Assembly: GCA_027622005.1 (NCBI GenBank)
Contig: JAQBZH010000001.1
Location: 124,473-188,472 of the forward strand
Direction: 5' to 3'
DNA length: 64,000 nt
DNA from: Bacteroidota bacterium
Lineage (GTDB): Bacteria; Bacteroidota; Rhodothermia; Rhodothermales; UBA10348
The notes under the pieces are model-generated. The model did not search any database, was not told where the DNA came from, and saw only the letters and a program-made list of their open reading frames with translations. Made by a program: the position numbers and the translations under genes. This document shows positions 54,965 to 63,664 of the stretch, in pieces. The first letter of the stretch is position 1; every line of letters begins with the position of its first letter.

Positions 54965-55003
54965 GATAAGGAGGGTGCATACAGCACCCTCCTTATCTTT
55001 TTT
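54965..55003 (+). terminator. rho-independent terminator-like hairpin
   Basis: Perfect 14-bp stem gataaggagggtgc / gcaccctccttatc with loop ataca, followed by tttttt. It lies about 185 nt downstream of the symporter stop. Confidence 0.6.
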
Positions 55004-55061
55004 GTCCCTTTCTCGATTGACCCTCATCGTATCCCTCACGATAGAACCTTGCCTCTGGTGC

Positions 55062-55094
55062 ACAAAAAAACCCGCCTGCCGAAAGGCAGGCGGG
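55062..55094 (-). terminator. rho-independent terminator downstream of tRNA-Arg
   Basis: On the minus strand the stem is cccgcctgcc / ggcaggcggg with a tttc loop, followed by ttttttt. It begins 5 nt after the tRNA 3' end. Confidence 0.75.
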
Positions 55095-55098
55095 TTTG

Positions 55099-55172
55099 TG
55101 CGCTCGAGAGGATTCGAACCTCCGACCTTTGGAACCGGAATCCAACACTCTATCCAACTGAGCTACGAGCGC
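55099..55172 (-). tRNA. tRNA-Arg (anticodon CCG)
   Basis: I folded the 74-nt cloverleaf by hand. Acceptor stem GCGCTCG/CGAGCGC, D arm GCTC-AGTTGGATA-GAGT. Anticodon arm TTGGA-TTCCGGT-TCCAA, T arm GGAGG-TTCGAAT-CCTCT, discriminator A. No CCA is encoded. Confidence 0.9.
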
Positions 55173-55327
55173 GTGGGGGCACAAATATAGCAACGAATGC
55201 ACGTCGGGTTCCAATGGAGAACGACGAAGCTCGCAAAGTTTGTGCTAATGTTGGTCGCTTAGGCGACTTTAAAAATAGAATTCGGCCGGGATCTCATCCT
55301 GTTTGAGTTCGACGCCCACAAAATGGT

Positions 55328-56122
55328 ATGACCGATACCGCGCTTATTAAACAGTTTATGGTAGATCCTACCTCGGGATACTCATCACTGTTAGACAAAT
55401 ACACACCAATCATCCTTCGAATGATCAGACGCTTTCTGTCTGACTCTGACGAAGTAATGGAAACGTACACTTCCATTTGTGAACGATTGCAGCACAACGA
55501 CTACCAGGCGCTTCGCCGATTTAGAATCAATAGCGAGCTGACCCCGTGGTTATCGGTAGTCGTAGCCAATGCGTGCCGAGATCGATTCAGAAAGAATCGG
55601 ATGTCGTCGGTGCCAAATTCCGTTATTTCCAAGCTTGGCAACTGCGAAAAACTGGTATTTAAGTACTACTACCAGGACCATATTCCTCAATCGGAAATCC
55701 CCGAAATCATAGCGGGAAAAAATGGGAAGCAATGTTCTAGTGAGGACGTAGCTCACGCTATTGAGCGCATCGATGAATTACTCTCGGTGAACAAGCGGTG
55801 GCACCTTTTGGCGGCACTTCGAGCCAATCGACCGATGTTATCGCTCGATGATCTTACCGAGATGGGTATTACGCCCGAAGGGTCTTTGCCCGCTCCGGAT
55901 CAAATGGGCATTGCCGATGGAGACCGAGTTGGTCAGCTCAATAGGGCAATCGGTGACCTTGATCCTGAAGATCAATTATTAGTACTTCTTCGGTTTGAAC
56001 ATGGCATGCGGGCCCAACAAATTGCCAAAGTGATGCAATTTGAGAACCCCAAATACGTGTATACCCGCCTTCGAACCATTATCAACCGATTGCGGCGGGA
56101 TATGGTTGAGGTTTCCGCTTAA
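55328..56122 (+). CDS. sigma-70 family (ECF-like) RNA polymerase sigma factor with an extra sigma-4-like segment
   Basis: 264 aa. The region-2-like block is YTPIILRMIRRFL...TPWLSVVVANACRDRFRK. The C-terminal region 4 is DQLLVLLRFEHGMRAQQIAKVM...RLRTIINRLRRDM. An internal HTH-like segment (CEKLVFKYYYQDHIPQSEIPEII...VAHAIERIDELL) lies between them. Confidence 0.75.
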   Translation: MTDTALIKQFMVDPTSGYSSLLDKYTPIILRMIRRFLSDSDEVMETYTSICERLQHNDYQALRRFRINSELTPWLSVVVANACRDRFRKNRMSSVPNSVISKLGNCEKLVFKYYYQDHIPQSEIPEIIAGKNGKQCSSEDVAHAIERIDELLSVNKRWHLLAALRANRPMLSLDDLTEMGITPEGSLPAPDQMGIADGDRVGQLNRAIGDLDPEDQLLVLLRFEHGMRAQQIAKVMQFENPKYVYTRLRTIINRLRRDMVEVSA

Positions 56123-56198
56123 CTTTTCGGAGAACGGGACCAGACGACGTCTCGGGCGTTTGACTGCTTTCAAAAAGTAAACAAAGCCTGTATTCTCC

Positions 56199-57140
56199 GT
56201 GCCCGAATCTCAACAGCTGCCTGAATTCGAATTGGATGGTCGCTTCGAACGAACCTCTGCCCGTCCACTAGCATATGGATTTTTAGGCCTTCTGGCGGCT
56301 TTTATCCTGTTTCAAGGGATCAGCACCGTCGTTACACTTGTATTTCTTCTCAGCGCCAACGTCTCGTTGACCGATCTGCTCGGTAATATGGAGCAGGTTT
56401 TGACCGACCATGCTGCTTCCATTTTGATTGCCAATACTATTGGTCAATTTTTTGGTCTACTGATACCTGCGCTCCTGATAACGCGATTCCATTCGTCTAA
56501 TTGGAAGTCTTATTTGCGTTTACGCAGTGTCGATGGAAAAATTCTAGCCTTGTCCATTGTCGCGCTTTTTGCTCTTATTCCTGTGGTTCAGTGGTTTGGA
56601 GTGATTAGCGACGGCCTGCCCTGGCCCGATTCGATTCGCAGTTTTGAAAAGTCCCAGATGGATTTGATTGAGCGGATTCTGACGCAGGATTTTTCTCTGC
56701 TGTTTACCATCTCCATGTTGGCGCTTACACCCGCTATTTGCGAAGAAATCCTTTTTCGGGGATACTTCCAGCGCCAAGCCGAACGGAGTCAGGGCATATT
56801 ATGGGGTATTCTCCTATCTGGGATCGTTTTTGGTTTGTACCACATGCGTTTAACGCAAGCCATCCCCCTTTCCATGTTGGGCGTTTTTATGGCCTATTTG
56901 ACCTGGCGAACCAATAGTATTCTGCCAGCCATGTTGGTTCATCTCGCCAATAACTCGTTTGCGGCCATTTTAGGTAAGTTTGCTTCAAAGGACGGGTCCA
57001 CGATTGACCTTGAGACCTTTGAAATACCCCTAACTATTGTCATTCCAGCCGCTCTTTTATTGGCCGGCGTTTTGATACTTCTGCATAGACTATCTGCAGC
57101 CGAGGCTGGCTCCGAAATAATAGAGCCGACAGACACTTAG
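56199..57140 (+). CDS. CPBP-family intramembrane glutamic endopeptidase (CAAX protease-like)
   Basis: 313 aa, polytopic, with CPBP motifs (ICEEILFRGY, FGLYH, VHLANN). Confidence 0.85.
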   Translation: MPESQQLPEFELDGRFERTSARPLAYGFLGLLAAFILFQGISTVVTLVFLLSANVSLTDLLGNMEQVLTDHAASILIANTIGQFFGLLIPALLITRFHSSNWKSYLRLRSVDGKILALSIVALFALIPVVQWFGVISDGLPWPDSIRSFEKSQMDLIERILTQDFSLLFTISMLALTPAICEEILFRGYFQRQAERSQGILWGILLSGIVFGLYHMRLTQAIPLSMLGVFMAYLTWRTNSILPAMLVHLANNSFAAILGKFASKDGSTIDLETFEIPLTIVIPAALLLAGVLILLHRLSAAEAGSEIIEPTDT

Positions 57141-57209
57141 TCATCTATCTTTGGTGATGAAGGTGCTAACTGTCACTCCAAGCTGGAATTCATAAAAGCA
57201 TGAGGGAAA

Positions 57210-57533
57210 ATGAAGCAAGCTCAATATGATGGATGGGTCTCCGTTTTTGCCAGCGGCATTGACTATGAAGCCGATATGGTAAAGGATCGATTGATGAATT
57301 CCGGTATTCATGCGGTTGTGATGACCAAAAAAGACCGTTCCTTTAGCCTGACACACGGCTCTTTAGCTCGAATTTATGTCCTCGTATCTGAGGCGGACGA
57401 AAGTGTGGCTCAAAATCTTTTGGCCAGCGAGATGTTCACGGCAGAGGAATTAACCGCCGCTGCGCTATCGAGTGATCCTGAACATGTGCCGGCCCCCAAT
57501 AGCGACCAGGACATTTCCGACGAGGCAAAATGA
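57210..57533 (+). CDS. DUF2007-like small protein
   Basis: 107 aa. WVSVFASGIDYEADMVKDRLMNSGIHAVV resembles the DUF2007 fold. Its stop overlaps the cdsA ATG (ATGA). Confidence 0.55.
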   Translation: MKQAQYDGWVSVFASGIDYEADMVKDRLMNSGIHAVVMTKKDRSFSLTHGSLARIYVLVSEADESVAQNLLASEMFTAEELTAAALSSDPEHVPAPNSDQDISDEAK

Positions 57534-58351
57534 AGCAGGGAGTAGCCAGAATATTGACGGCCGCAGTCGGGATTCCTTTTGTGCTTGCGCTTGTTTGGCT
57601 CGGAGGTTGGTATTTCTTTGGATTTATCGCATTTGTGGCACTAGTGGCGCAGTATGAATTAATTGGAATGCTAAAAGGGGGGGACTGGAAAGTTGCCACT
57701 ATTTGGACGCTCTTGTTGGGTAGCACGCTCCTGCTACGCCCGGTTGTTCCGTTTTGGGAATTTTGGATCTTAGGCGTATTGCTCCTGTTTTGCGTTTTTC
57801 AACTTCGTCACGGTCCCGACGAGCTTCCTCAGCGATTGGCCATCCCACTACTGTGCGCCCTTTATCCTGTGTTTTTTCTCAGTTTCCTTGTAGACATTCA
57901 ATGGGAAGCCAGGCAGATTTTCGATCAAACAGAGACATTTTGGCTTATGCTCATGTTGTTTGGTTTGATTTGGGCAACGGATACGGGAGCTTACTATACC
58001 GGGAAATCGATTGGTAAGCATAAATTTGCACCTTCGATTTCGCCCAACAAAACGTGGGAAGGGACCATCGGAGGGCTGGTGCTTTCACTCATTGTAGCGA
58101 CTCTCTTCAAAGAGACGCTGGTTCCGAAAATGGAATGGATGGATGTGCTGGTCCTGGCTGTATTGGGCGGAGCTTGGGGGCAGATGGGCGACTTATTGGA
58201 GAGTGCTTTCAAAAGAAGTCTAGGGGTCAAGGATTCGGGAAATATTTTACCTGGGCACGGAGGCATGTTGGATCGGTTTGATTCGATGATATTTACCGCA
58301 CCGGCCTACTATATGTATCTCTTTTACGTGTCAAACCTGCTGGGCAGGTAA
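57530..58351 (+). CDS. cdsA: phosphatidate cytidylyltransferase
   Basis: 273 aa, polytopic, with the CdsA signature SAFKRSLGVKDSGNILPGHGGMLDRFDS. Confidence 0.9.
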   Translation: MKQGVARILTAAVGIPFVLALVWLGGWYFFGFIAFVALVAQYELIGMLKGGDWKVATIWTLLLGSTLLLRPVVPFWEFWILGVLLLFCVFQLRHGPDELPQRLAIPLLCALYPVFFLSFLVDIQWEARQIFDQTETFWLMLMLFGLIWATDTGAYYTGKSIGKHKFAPSISPNKTWEGTIGGLVLSLIVATLFKETLVPKMEWMDVLVLAVLGGAWGQMGDLLESAFKRSLGVKDSGNILPGHGGMLDRFDSMIFTAPAYYMYLFYVSNLLGR

Positions 58352-58417
58352 TAGTCGGAACGTCCTTCATCCCGAACAGGTATACGGGTTGTCTTTTCAT
58401 CCAATACAATCGCCACA

Positions 58418-58627
58418 ATGGGATTATTTACGCCAAATCGCGGTATCCGACGCAAAAAATTCGAGTATGAACCCCGATACTATGATCCCAAAAAGGAAGA
58501 GAAGTTAAAACAACGAATGCGGGTTCAGCGACTGACCAGCAAGCGAAGAAAGTCGTCTGGAATTATCTATTTTGTGCTGTTGTTTGCCATGGCGCTGTAT
58601 GTTTATATGACGTTGGGTAAAAACTAG
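58418..58627 (+). CDS. small basic protein with a C-terminal TM helix (hypothetical)
   Basis: 69-aa ORF with a Lys/Arg-rich N-half and a single C-terminal hydrophobic helix. I recognise no family. Confidence 0.4.
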   Translation: MGLFTPNRGIRRKKFEYEPRYYDPKKEEKLKQRMRVQRLTSKRRKSSGIIYFVLLFAMALYVYMTLGKN

Positions 58628-58693
58628 GGCTGTGCGGGAGCATCACGTCGTGACGAAAGAGGTTAAAAGCTGGACGATCTGAAAGAAAACATC

Positions 58694-60511
58694 GTGATGG
58701 AAGAAGAGGTGGGCAATATTATCGAAGTGATGCCTATCTCCCTAGCCAATAAAATTGCTGCCGGGGAGGTGGTCCAGCGCCCTGCTTCGGTCGTTAAAGA
58801 GTTGGTAGAGAATGCGTTAGACGCAGGTGCTAACGACATTGTAGTCCACCTTAAGGAAGCCGGAAGCGTATTGATTCAGGTGGTCGACAATGGTTGTGGA
58901 ATGACCCCACAAGACGCGCGAATGTGTTTTACCAGACACGCAACGAGCAAGATTAAAACGGTCGATGACCTTGAAAATATCCACACGCTAGGGTTTCGGG
59001 GAGAGGCATTGGCTTCGATTGCATCCGTTGCCCAAGTTGAACTTGTGACTGGCCAAAATGCGACGCTTCCCGGGTTTAAAATTCGAATTGATGGAGGGGA
59101 GTTCGTCGAAGAAGGCCCTGCAGCGCCCGTTAGGGGATCGTCGATTTCCGTTCGAAATCTGTTTTACAACATCCCCGCCCGCCGAAACTTCCTCAAGCGT
59201 CCTCCTACCGAACTGAAGCACATTTTGGATATGATTGAGGTGTTAGCACTTTCGCACCCTGAAGTCGGATTCAAGGTCGAACAGGATAGAAACTCGCTGA
59301 TTGACGTGAGTCCGGGGAATTTGGACGATCGGTGGGCGTCGCTTCAAACTCGGGCGATGGAGCTAACTTCCATCCCGTTAAACACGGATTTGATTCGGGT
59401 TGAAGAGTCCACCAGTTATCTGGCCGTTCGAGGATTATTGGGGCCTCCAAATAGCGCCAAAAGAACCCGTGGCCATCAGTTTTTATTTGTGAACGGACGT
59501 TCGGTAAAGCACCGATACATCGAGCATGCGGTACTTTCAGCCTTCGAATATGTCCTTCCGGAGGGATCGTATCCATTTTTCGTCCTGTTTTTAGACATTG
59601 ACCCGCGGCACGTAGACGTAAACGTACACCCGACAAAGGCGGAAGTAAAGTTTGATGATGAGCGCGGTGTTTATGGGATGTTACGTGCCGTAGTGCGTCG
59701 AGCCTTGGGGATGACACTTAAAACGCCGGATATGTCGGCATCCAAACCCCTATTGGGAATGGATTTGGGTCTTGCACCGTTTTTTGACGCCGATCGGTCC
59801 AGTTATCGGAGTAAAACATCTTATACGTCAGAGCCCACGGCATCTTGGGGGTTAGAAGCCACGCACGCGCTCCTCAAAGGCGCGATCACAGTCCCTGCAC
59901 CCCACGCCGAGAATAAAATAGGACGGCAAGGCGGAGTGGGAGAGGAAGGTCTGCTGTGGCAACTCCATGACACGTATATTTTGACCCAGATTCGGTCGGG
60001 ATTGGTCATAATTGATCAACAAGCGGCACACGAGAGGATTTTGTTCGAGCAGGCTTCGTCGTGCCTTGAAGAGGGTTTTGGGCTTAGCCAGCAGCTTTTA
60101 TTCCCTCGAAAACTGTCGCTCTCCGCGGCTGATTTTGCTCTACTCCAGGATTTAGTTCCAGATATGAAACGATTGGGGTTTGATGTTGAAATGCAATCCT
60201 CCAATTCAGTCATCATCAAAGGAGTGCCGGCTGATATTGCGACGGGCGATGAACGAGGAGTGCTCGACGAACTAATAGACCAGTATCGCCTTTTCGAACG
60301 CGTTGAAAAACTTTCGGGACGAGAGAATCTGGCCCGATCAATGGCTCGAAGGGGAGCGGTAAGAGCTGGTAATAAGCTCAGTCCCAAAGAGATGAGGAGC
60401 CTCATTGACCAGTTGTTTGAATGTCAATACCCGTACGTTAGCCCGGACGGCCGCCCAACCATGATCACCTTATCTGGTGAAGAGCTTCGTGAGCGTTTTG
60501 ACAAGCGATAG
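58694..60511 (+). CDS. mutL: DNA mismatch repair protein MutL
   Basis: GHKL ATPase motifs (ANKIAAGEVVQRPASVVKELVENALDAG, DNGCGM, GFRGEALASIA) and a C-terminal dimerisation domain. Confidence 0.95.
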   Translation: MMEEEVGNIIEVMPISLANKIAAGEVVQRPASVVKELVENALDAGANDIVVHLKEAGSVLIQVVDNGCGMTPQDARMCFTRHATSKIKTVDDLENIHTLGFRGEALASIASVAQVELVTGQNATLPGFKIRIDGGEFVEEGPAAPVRGSSISVRNLFYNIPARRNFLKRPPTELKHILDMIEVLALSHPEVGFKVEQDRNSLIDVSPGNLDDRWASLQTRAMELTSIPLNTDLIRVEESTSYLAVRGLLGPPNSAKRTRGHQFLFVNGRSVKHRYIEHAVLSAFEYVLPEGSYPFFVLFLDIDPRHVDVNVHPTKAEVKFDDERGVYGMLRAVVRRALGMTLKTPDMSASKPLLGMDLGLAPFFDADRSSYRSKTSYTSEPTASWGLEATHALLKGAITVPAPHAENKIGRQGGVGEEGLLWQLHDTYILTQIRSGLVIIDQQAAHERILFEQASSCLEEGFGLSQQLLFPRKLSLSAADFALLQDLVPDMKRLGFDVEMQSSNSVIIKGVPADIATGDERGVLDELIDQYRLFERVEKLSGRENLARSMARRGAVRAGNKLSPKEMRSLIDQLFECQYPYVSPDGRPTMITLSGEELRERFDKR

Positions 60512-61853
60512 CTTGATTTTACCCGTATTGGGAGATCGGGAAACGCTTTTGGTAGGAATAAGCGGAGGATTGGACTCTGTCGTTTTAGCCCACCTTTTAA
60601 GTCAAAACGGCTATCAAGTTGAACTGGCCCACGTCAACTATCGGCTTCGGGGTAGGGAATCCGACGAGGACGAACAGTTTGTTCGCGAATTCGCCAAACG
60701 GATGGACGTACCGCTGCATGTTTTACACCCCGAAGACCCGAAATCTGTTCAAACGTGGGCCAGAGGGGTTCGATATGACTGGTTTCAAGAACTCTCAAAA
60801 GCGGCTGGCATCCGGTACGTCGCCGTAGCTCATCATCAGGATGATCAACTCGAAACGATGTTGCTCAATCTTTTGCGTGGAACGGGGCTTTCCGGACTTT
60901 GCGGGATGAGACCGTTACGTCCGCTGAATGCAGCGTGTAGTTTGCTCAGGCCGCTGCTCGGGGCGCGTAGAGCTCAAATTCAAGCCTATGCGAATGCCAA
61001 TGACCTCAATTGGCGCGAAGATAAGTCCAACAAAGAGGGTCCGTATGCCCGAACTCAGATCAGAAATGAGCTGCTGCAGATTCCCACGGCGGACTACGAA
61101 GCGTTTTTGCAAGCCGGAATCGAGCTTCAAAGGAGTGTTTCTATCATCCGAGGAAGGATTGCCCAAAAGTGTTTCGGGGAAGAGATGGGCGGCCACGCGC
61201 CGTTTTACTCTTTAGGTCTTCAGGATTGGAAAGGAGCTCCGCACTGGGCTCAGGGCTGGATCGTTTTGGAGATTTTGCAACGATTAGATGCTTCGGCCCC
61301 TCGTCGGGAATCGGTTGTTAAGGTAATTGAAGCCTTAGCCGAAGCAAAAACAGGAAAGAAAGCGACATTCGGTCGGGTTGAAATCTGGAAGGAGAGAGAT
61401 CGGGTGATGTTCGTCCATGCGAATAATGGCGCATCAAAAACGAATATTGAGCTTTCCGGGCACGAAGTAATCCTTCAAGAGGGGACATTTGCCCTAAATG
61501 TGTCTTCGGGACTATTAGTCGGCGACGTTGTTCAGCAGGTTTCACCAGAAACGATCACTCATCATCCAAATGAGGCCTTTCTGGATGCTGACAAGCTGAG
61601 CCATCCGCTTATTCTTAGAAAATGGCAGCCCGGGGATCGATTTTATCCCCTCGGATTAGGTGGATCCCAAAAAGTAAAATCGTTTCTAACCAATCAGAAA
61701 GTCCCAAGTAGCCAGCGAAAGGACGTCCAAATTCTACTTTCTGAGGGGAAAGTGGTATGGGTCGTGGGAATTCGGATCGACGATGCATTCAAAGTATCGA
61801 ACCAAACAAAACGGATTCTTAACATAAAGTGGCTTCCGTCAGCGCCTCAATAA
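60477..61853 (+). CDS. tilS: tRNA(Ile)-lysidine synthase
   Basis: PP-loop (LLVGISGGLDSVVLAHLL), HHQDDQLET and a C-terminal TilS domain (GGSQKVKSFL). The track start (GTG at 60477) overlaps mutL by 35 nt. The TTG codons at 60498 or 60513 are alternative starts. Confidence 0.9.
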   Translation: MKSFVSVLTSDSLILPVLGDRETLLVGISGGLDSVVLAHLLSQNGYQVELAHVNYRLRGRESDEDEQFVREFAKRMDVPLHVLHPEDPKSVQTWARGVRYDWFQELSKAAGIRYVAVAHHQDDQLETMLLNLLRGTGLSGLCGMRPLRPLNAACSLLRPLLGARRAQIQAYANANDLNWREDKSNKEGPYARTQIRNELLQIPTADYEAFLQAGIELQRSVSIIRGRIAQKCFGEEMGGHAPFYSLGLQDWKGAPHWAQGWIVLEILQRLDASAPRRESVVKVIEALAEAKTGKKATFGRVEIWKERDRVMFVHANNGASKTNIELSGHEVILQEGTFALNVSSGLLVGDVVQQVSPETITHHPNEAFLDADKLSHPLILRKWQPGDRFYPLGLGGSQKVKSFLTNQKVPSSQRKDVQILLSEGKVVWVVGIRIDDAFKVSNQTKRILNIKWLPSAPQ

Positions 61854-61915
61854 AAAGAAGGGGAAATCTAAAACGATCCCCTATTTTAGAGGGATCAATC
61901 GGCATACCCCAGCAT

Positions 61916-61949
61916 CGACCCCAATACGACGGCAACGACCCCAATACGA
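61916..61949 (+). repeat. 14-bp tandem direct repeat abutting the hpt start codon
   Basis: cgaccccaatacga occurs at 61916-61929 and again at 61936-61949 (20-bp period). The second copy ends 1 nt before the hpt ATG at 61950. Confidence 0.9.
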
Positions 61950-62561
61950 ATGGAAGCGACCTTTCTTGTTCACGATGATCAATCCGTCACGATTAGAGGC
62001 GAACGGTTTCGGAAATATTTGACCGCCGAGACGCTGAGAAGTCGAACGGCTGAGCTCGGAAAGCAAATATCGAGTGAGTATGATGGCAAAAAACCCATTC
62101 TGATCGGGGTTTTAAACGGCGCTTTCATCTTTTTGGCCGATTTGATGCGGACCATTCAAATTGATTGCGAAGTCGATTTTTTGAAGCTTTCATCCTATGG
62201 AGCTCACAAAATATCTTCCGGCGAAGTCAAGGAATTAAAACACATCGACGCCAACATTAGGGATCGGCACGTCATTGTTGTGGAGGATATCGTGGATACC
62301 GGCCTTTCGATGGAGTTTATTTTGGCTCGGTTGGCTATCGATAAACCGGCCTCAATAAAGGTGGCTACGTTGTTACATAAATTTGAAGCCACTAAGGTGG
62401 ATGTCCCTTTGGATTTTGTCGGCTTTCGGATTAAAAATCACTTCGTAGTAGGGTACGGGCTCGACTACGGCCAGGTTGGACGAAATTTAGCGGACATTTA
62501 CATCCTGGAAGGTCAGCACATTTTGGAAGGTCAGGAAAAGGTGGAATTCGAAGGCAAATGA
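61950..62561 (+). CDS. hpt: hypoxanthine phosphoribosyltransferase
   Basis: 203 aa with a PRPP-binding motif (VIVVEDIVDTGLSM), LNGAFIFLADL and GYGLDY. It has an unusual ~18-aa C-terminal tail. Confidence 0.9.
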   Translation: MEATFLVHDDQSVTIRGERFRKYLTAETLRSRTAELGKQISSEYDGKKPILIGVLNGAFIFLADLMRTIQIDCEVDFLKLSSYGAHKISSGEVKELKHIDANIRDRHVIVVEDIVDTGLSMEFILARLAIDKPASIKVATLLHKFEATKVDVPLDFVGFRIKNHFVVGYGLDYGQVGRNLADIYILEGQHILEGQEKVEFEGK

Positions 62562-63655
62562 TCAAATCTCACGAGGCACTCTATTACGGCGATTACCTTC
62601 AACTGTCTAAATTGCTCGATGCTCAGTTGTTGAAATCCGGTGTGGATGGCCCACCGGCTCACGACGAGATGTTGTTTATCATCGTCCACCAAACGTATGA
62701 GCTGTGGTTTAAGCAAATATTGTGGGAAATGGACGGGGTTTTTAGAATCCTCAATAACAAAGTCGTAGAAGAAAAGGCACTTGGTCGGGCAGTAGCTCAC
62801 CTGGAGCGTATCGTGTCCATACAGCGTGTGTTGACCCAGCAGATTGATGTCCTCGAGACCATGACCCCGCTAGATTTTTTGGATTTTAGGGATTATTTGG
62901 TACCGGCATCCGGTTTTCAAAGCGCCCAGTGGCGGTTGATGGAGAATAGATTAGGTATGCGGATCCGGGATCGTCACGCTTACACCACAAGTTCTTACAC
63001 CTCTCGATTCTCGGAATCGGACAAGGACCTCGTGGAGGCCACGGAAAAAGAGCCCAATCTCTTTGATTTGGTGCAGTCCTGGTTGGAACGAACACCGTTT
63101 ATTCAGTTTGGTCTTTTTGATTTTTGGGAAGCGTATCGCGTGGCGGTCGATAAGATGCTAAAGTCGGATGAGATTCTAATTCGACGGAATCCGACTCTCA
63201 CGGCAGAAGAAACGGACGCCCAAATTGGCAATTTGAAAAAGACGTCCGCCCACTTTGCGGCGTTATTTGATAAACAGCGCTATGCCGAATTGCTCGAAAA
63301 TGGTCAGATGAGGATTTCACATCGAGCTCTTCAAGCTGCACTTTTGATTCATTTGTACCGCGACGAACCCATATTGCACTTGCCATTTCGTCTATTGCAG
63401 GTGCTGGGAGACATTGATGAGAATTTTACTACCTGGCGGAGTCGGCACGCCCAGATGGTCAAGCGAATGATTGGGACTAAAATTGGGACGGGGGGTAGCT
63501 CAGGCCACGAGTACCTGCAAAAAGTAGCCGAAAACAACAAGGTGTTTGGCGATTTGATCAATATGTCCACCTTTTTTATCCCGCGCTCTGAGCTTCCTGC
63601 TCTTCCGGAAGAAGTGGCCACGCAACTCGGATTTTACTGGAGACCAGACAAATAG
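62558..63655 (+). CDS. kynA: tryptophan 2,3-dioxygenase
   Basis: 365 aa. It has YGDYLQLSKLLDAQ, HDEMLFIIVHQTYELWFKQIL and GTGGSSGHEYL. Its ATG overlaps the hpt stop (ATGA). Confidence 0.9.
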   Translation: MIKSHEALYYGDYLQLSKLLDAQLLKSGVDGPPAHDEMLFIIVHQTYELWFKQILWEMDGVFRILNNKVVEEKALGRAVAHLERIVSIQRVLTQQIDVLETMTPLDFLDFRDYLVPASGFQSAQWRLMENRLGMRIRDRHAYTTSSYTSRFSESDKDLVEATEKEPNLFDLVQSWLERTPFIQFGLFDFWEAYRVAVDKMLKSDEILIRRNPTLTAEETDAQIGNLKKTSAHFAALFDKQRYAELLENGQMRISHRALQAALLIHLYRDEPILHLPFRLLQVLGDIDENFTTWRSRHAQMVKRMIGTKIGTGGSSGHEYLQKVAENNKVFGDLINMSTFFIPRSELPALPEEVATQLGFYWRPDK

Positions 63656-63664
63656 GGCACTTGA

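Noticed and set aside
54758-55063. 101-aa minus-strand ORF in the gap between the symporter and tRNA-Arg.
   Set aside because: It runs through two terminator-like hairpins. It has a biased composition and no recognisable motif, so it is probably non-coding.
54782-55327. tRNA-Arg locus as an integration hotspot or genomic-island boundary.
   Set aside because: There is no integrase, no direct repeat of the tRNA 3' end and no compositional shift nearby. The flanking genes are ordinary housekeeping genes.
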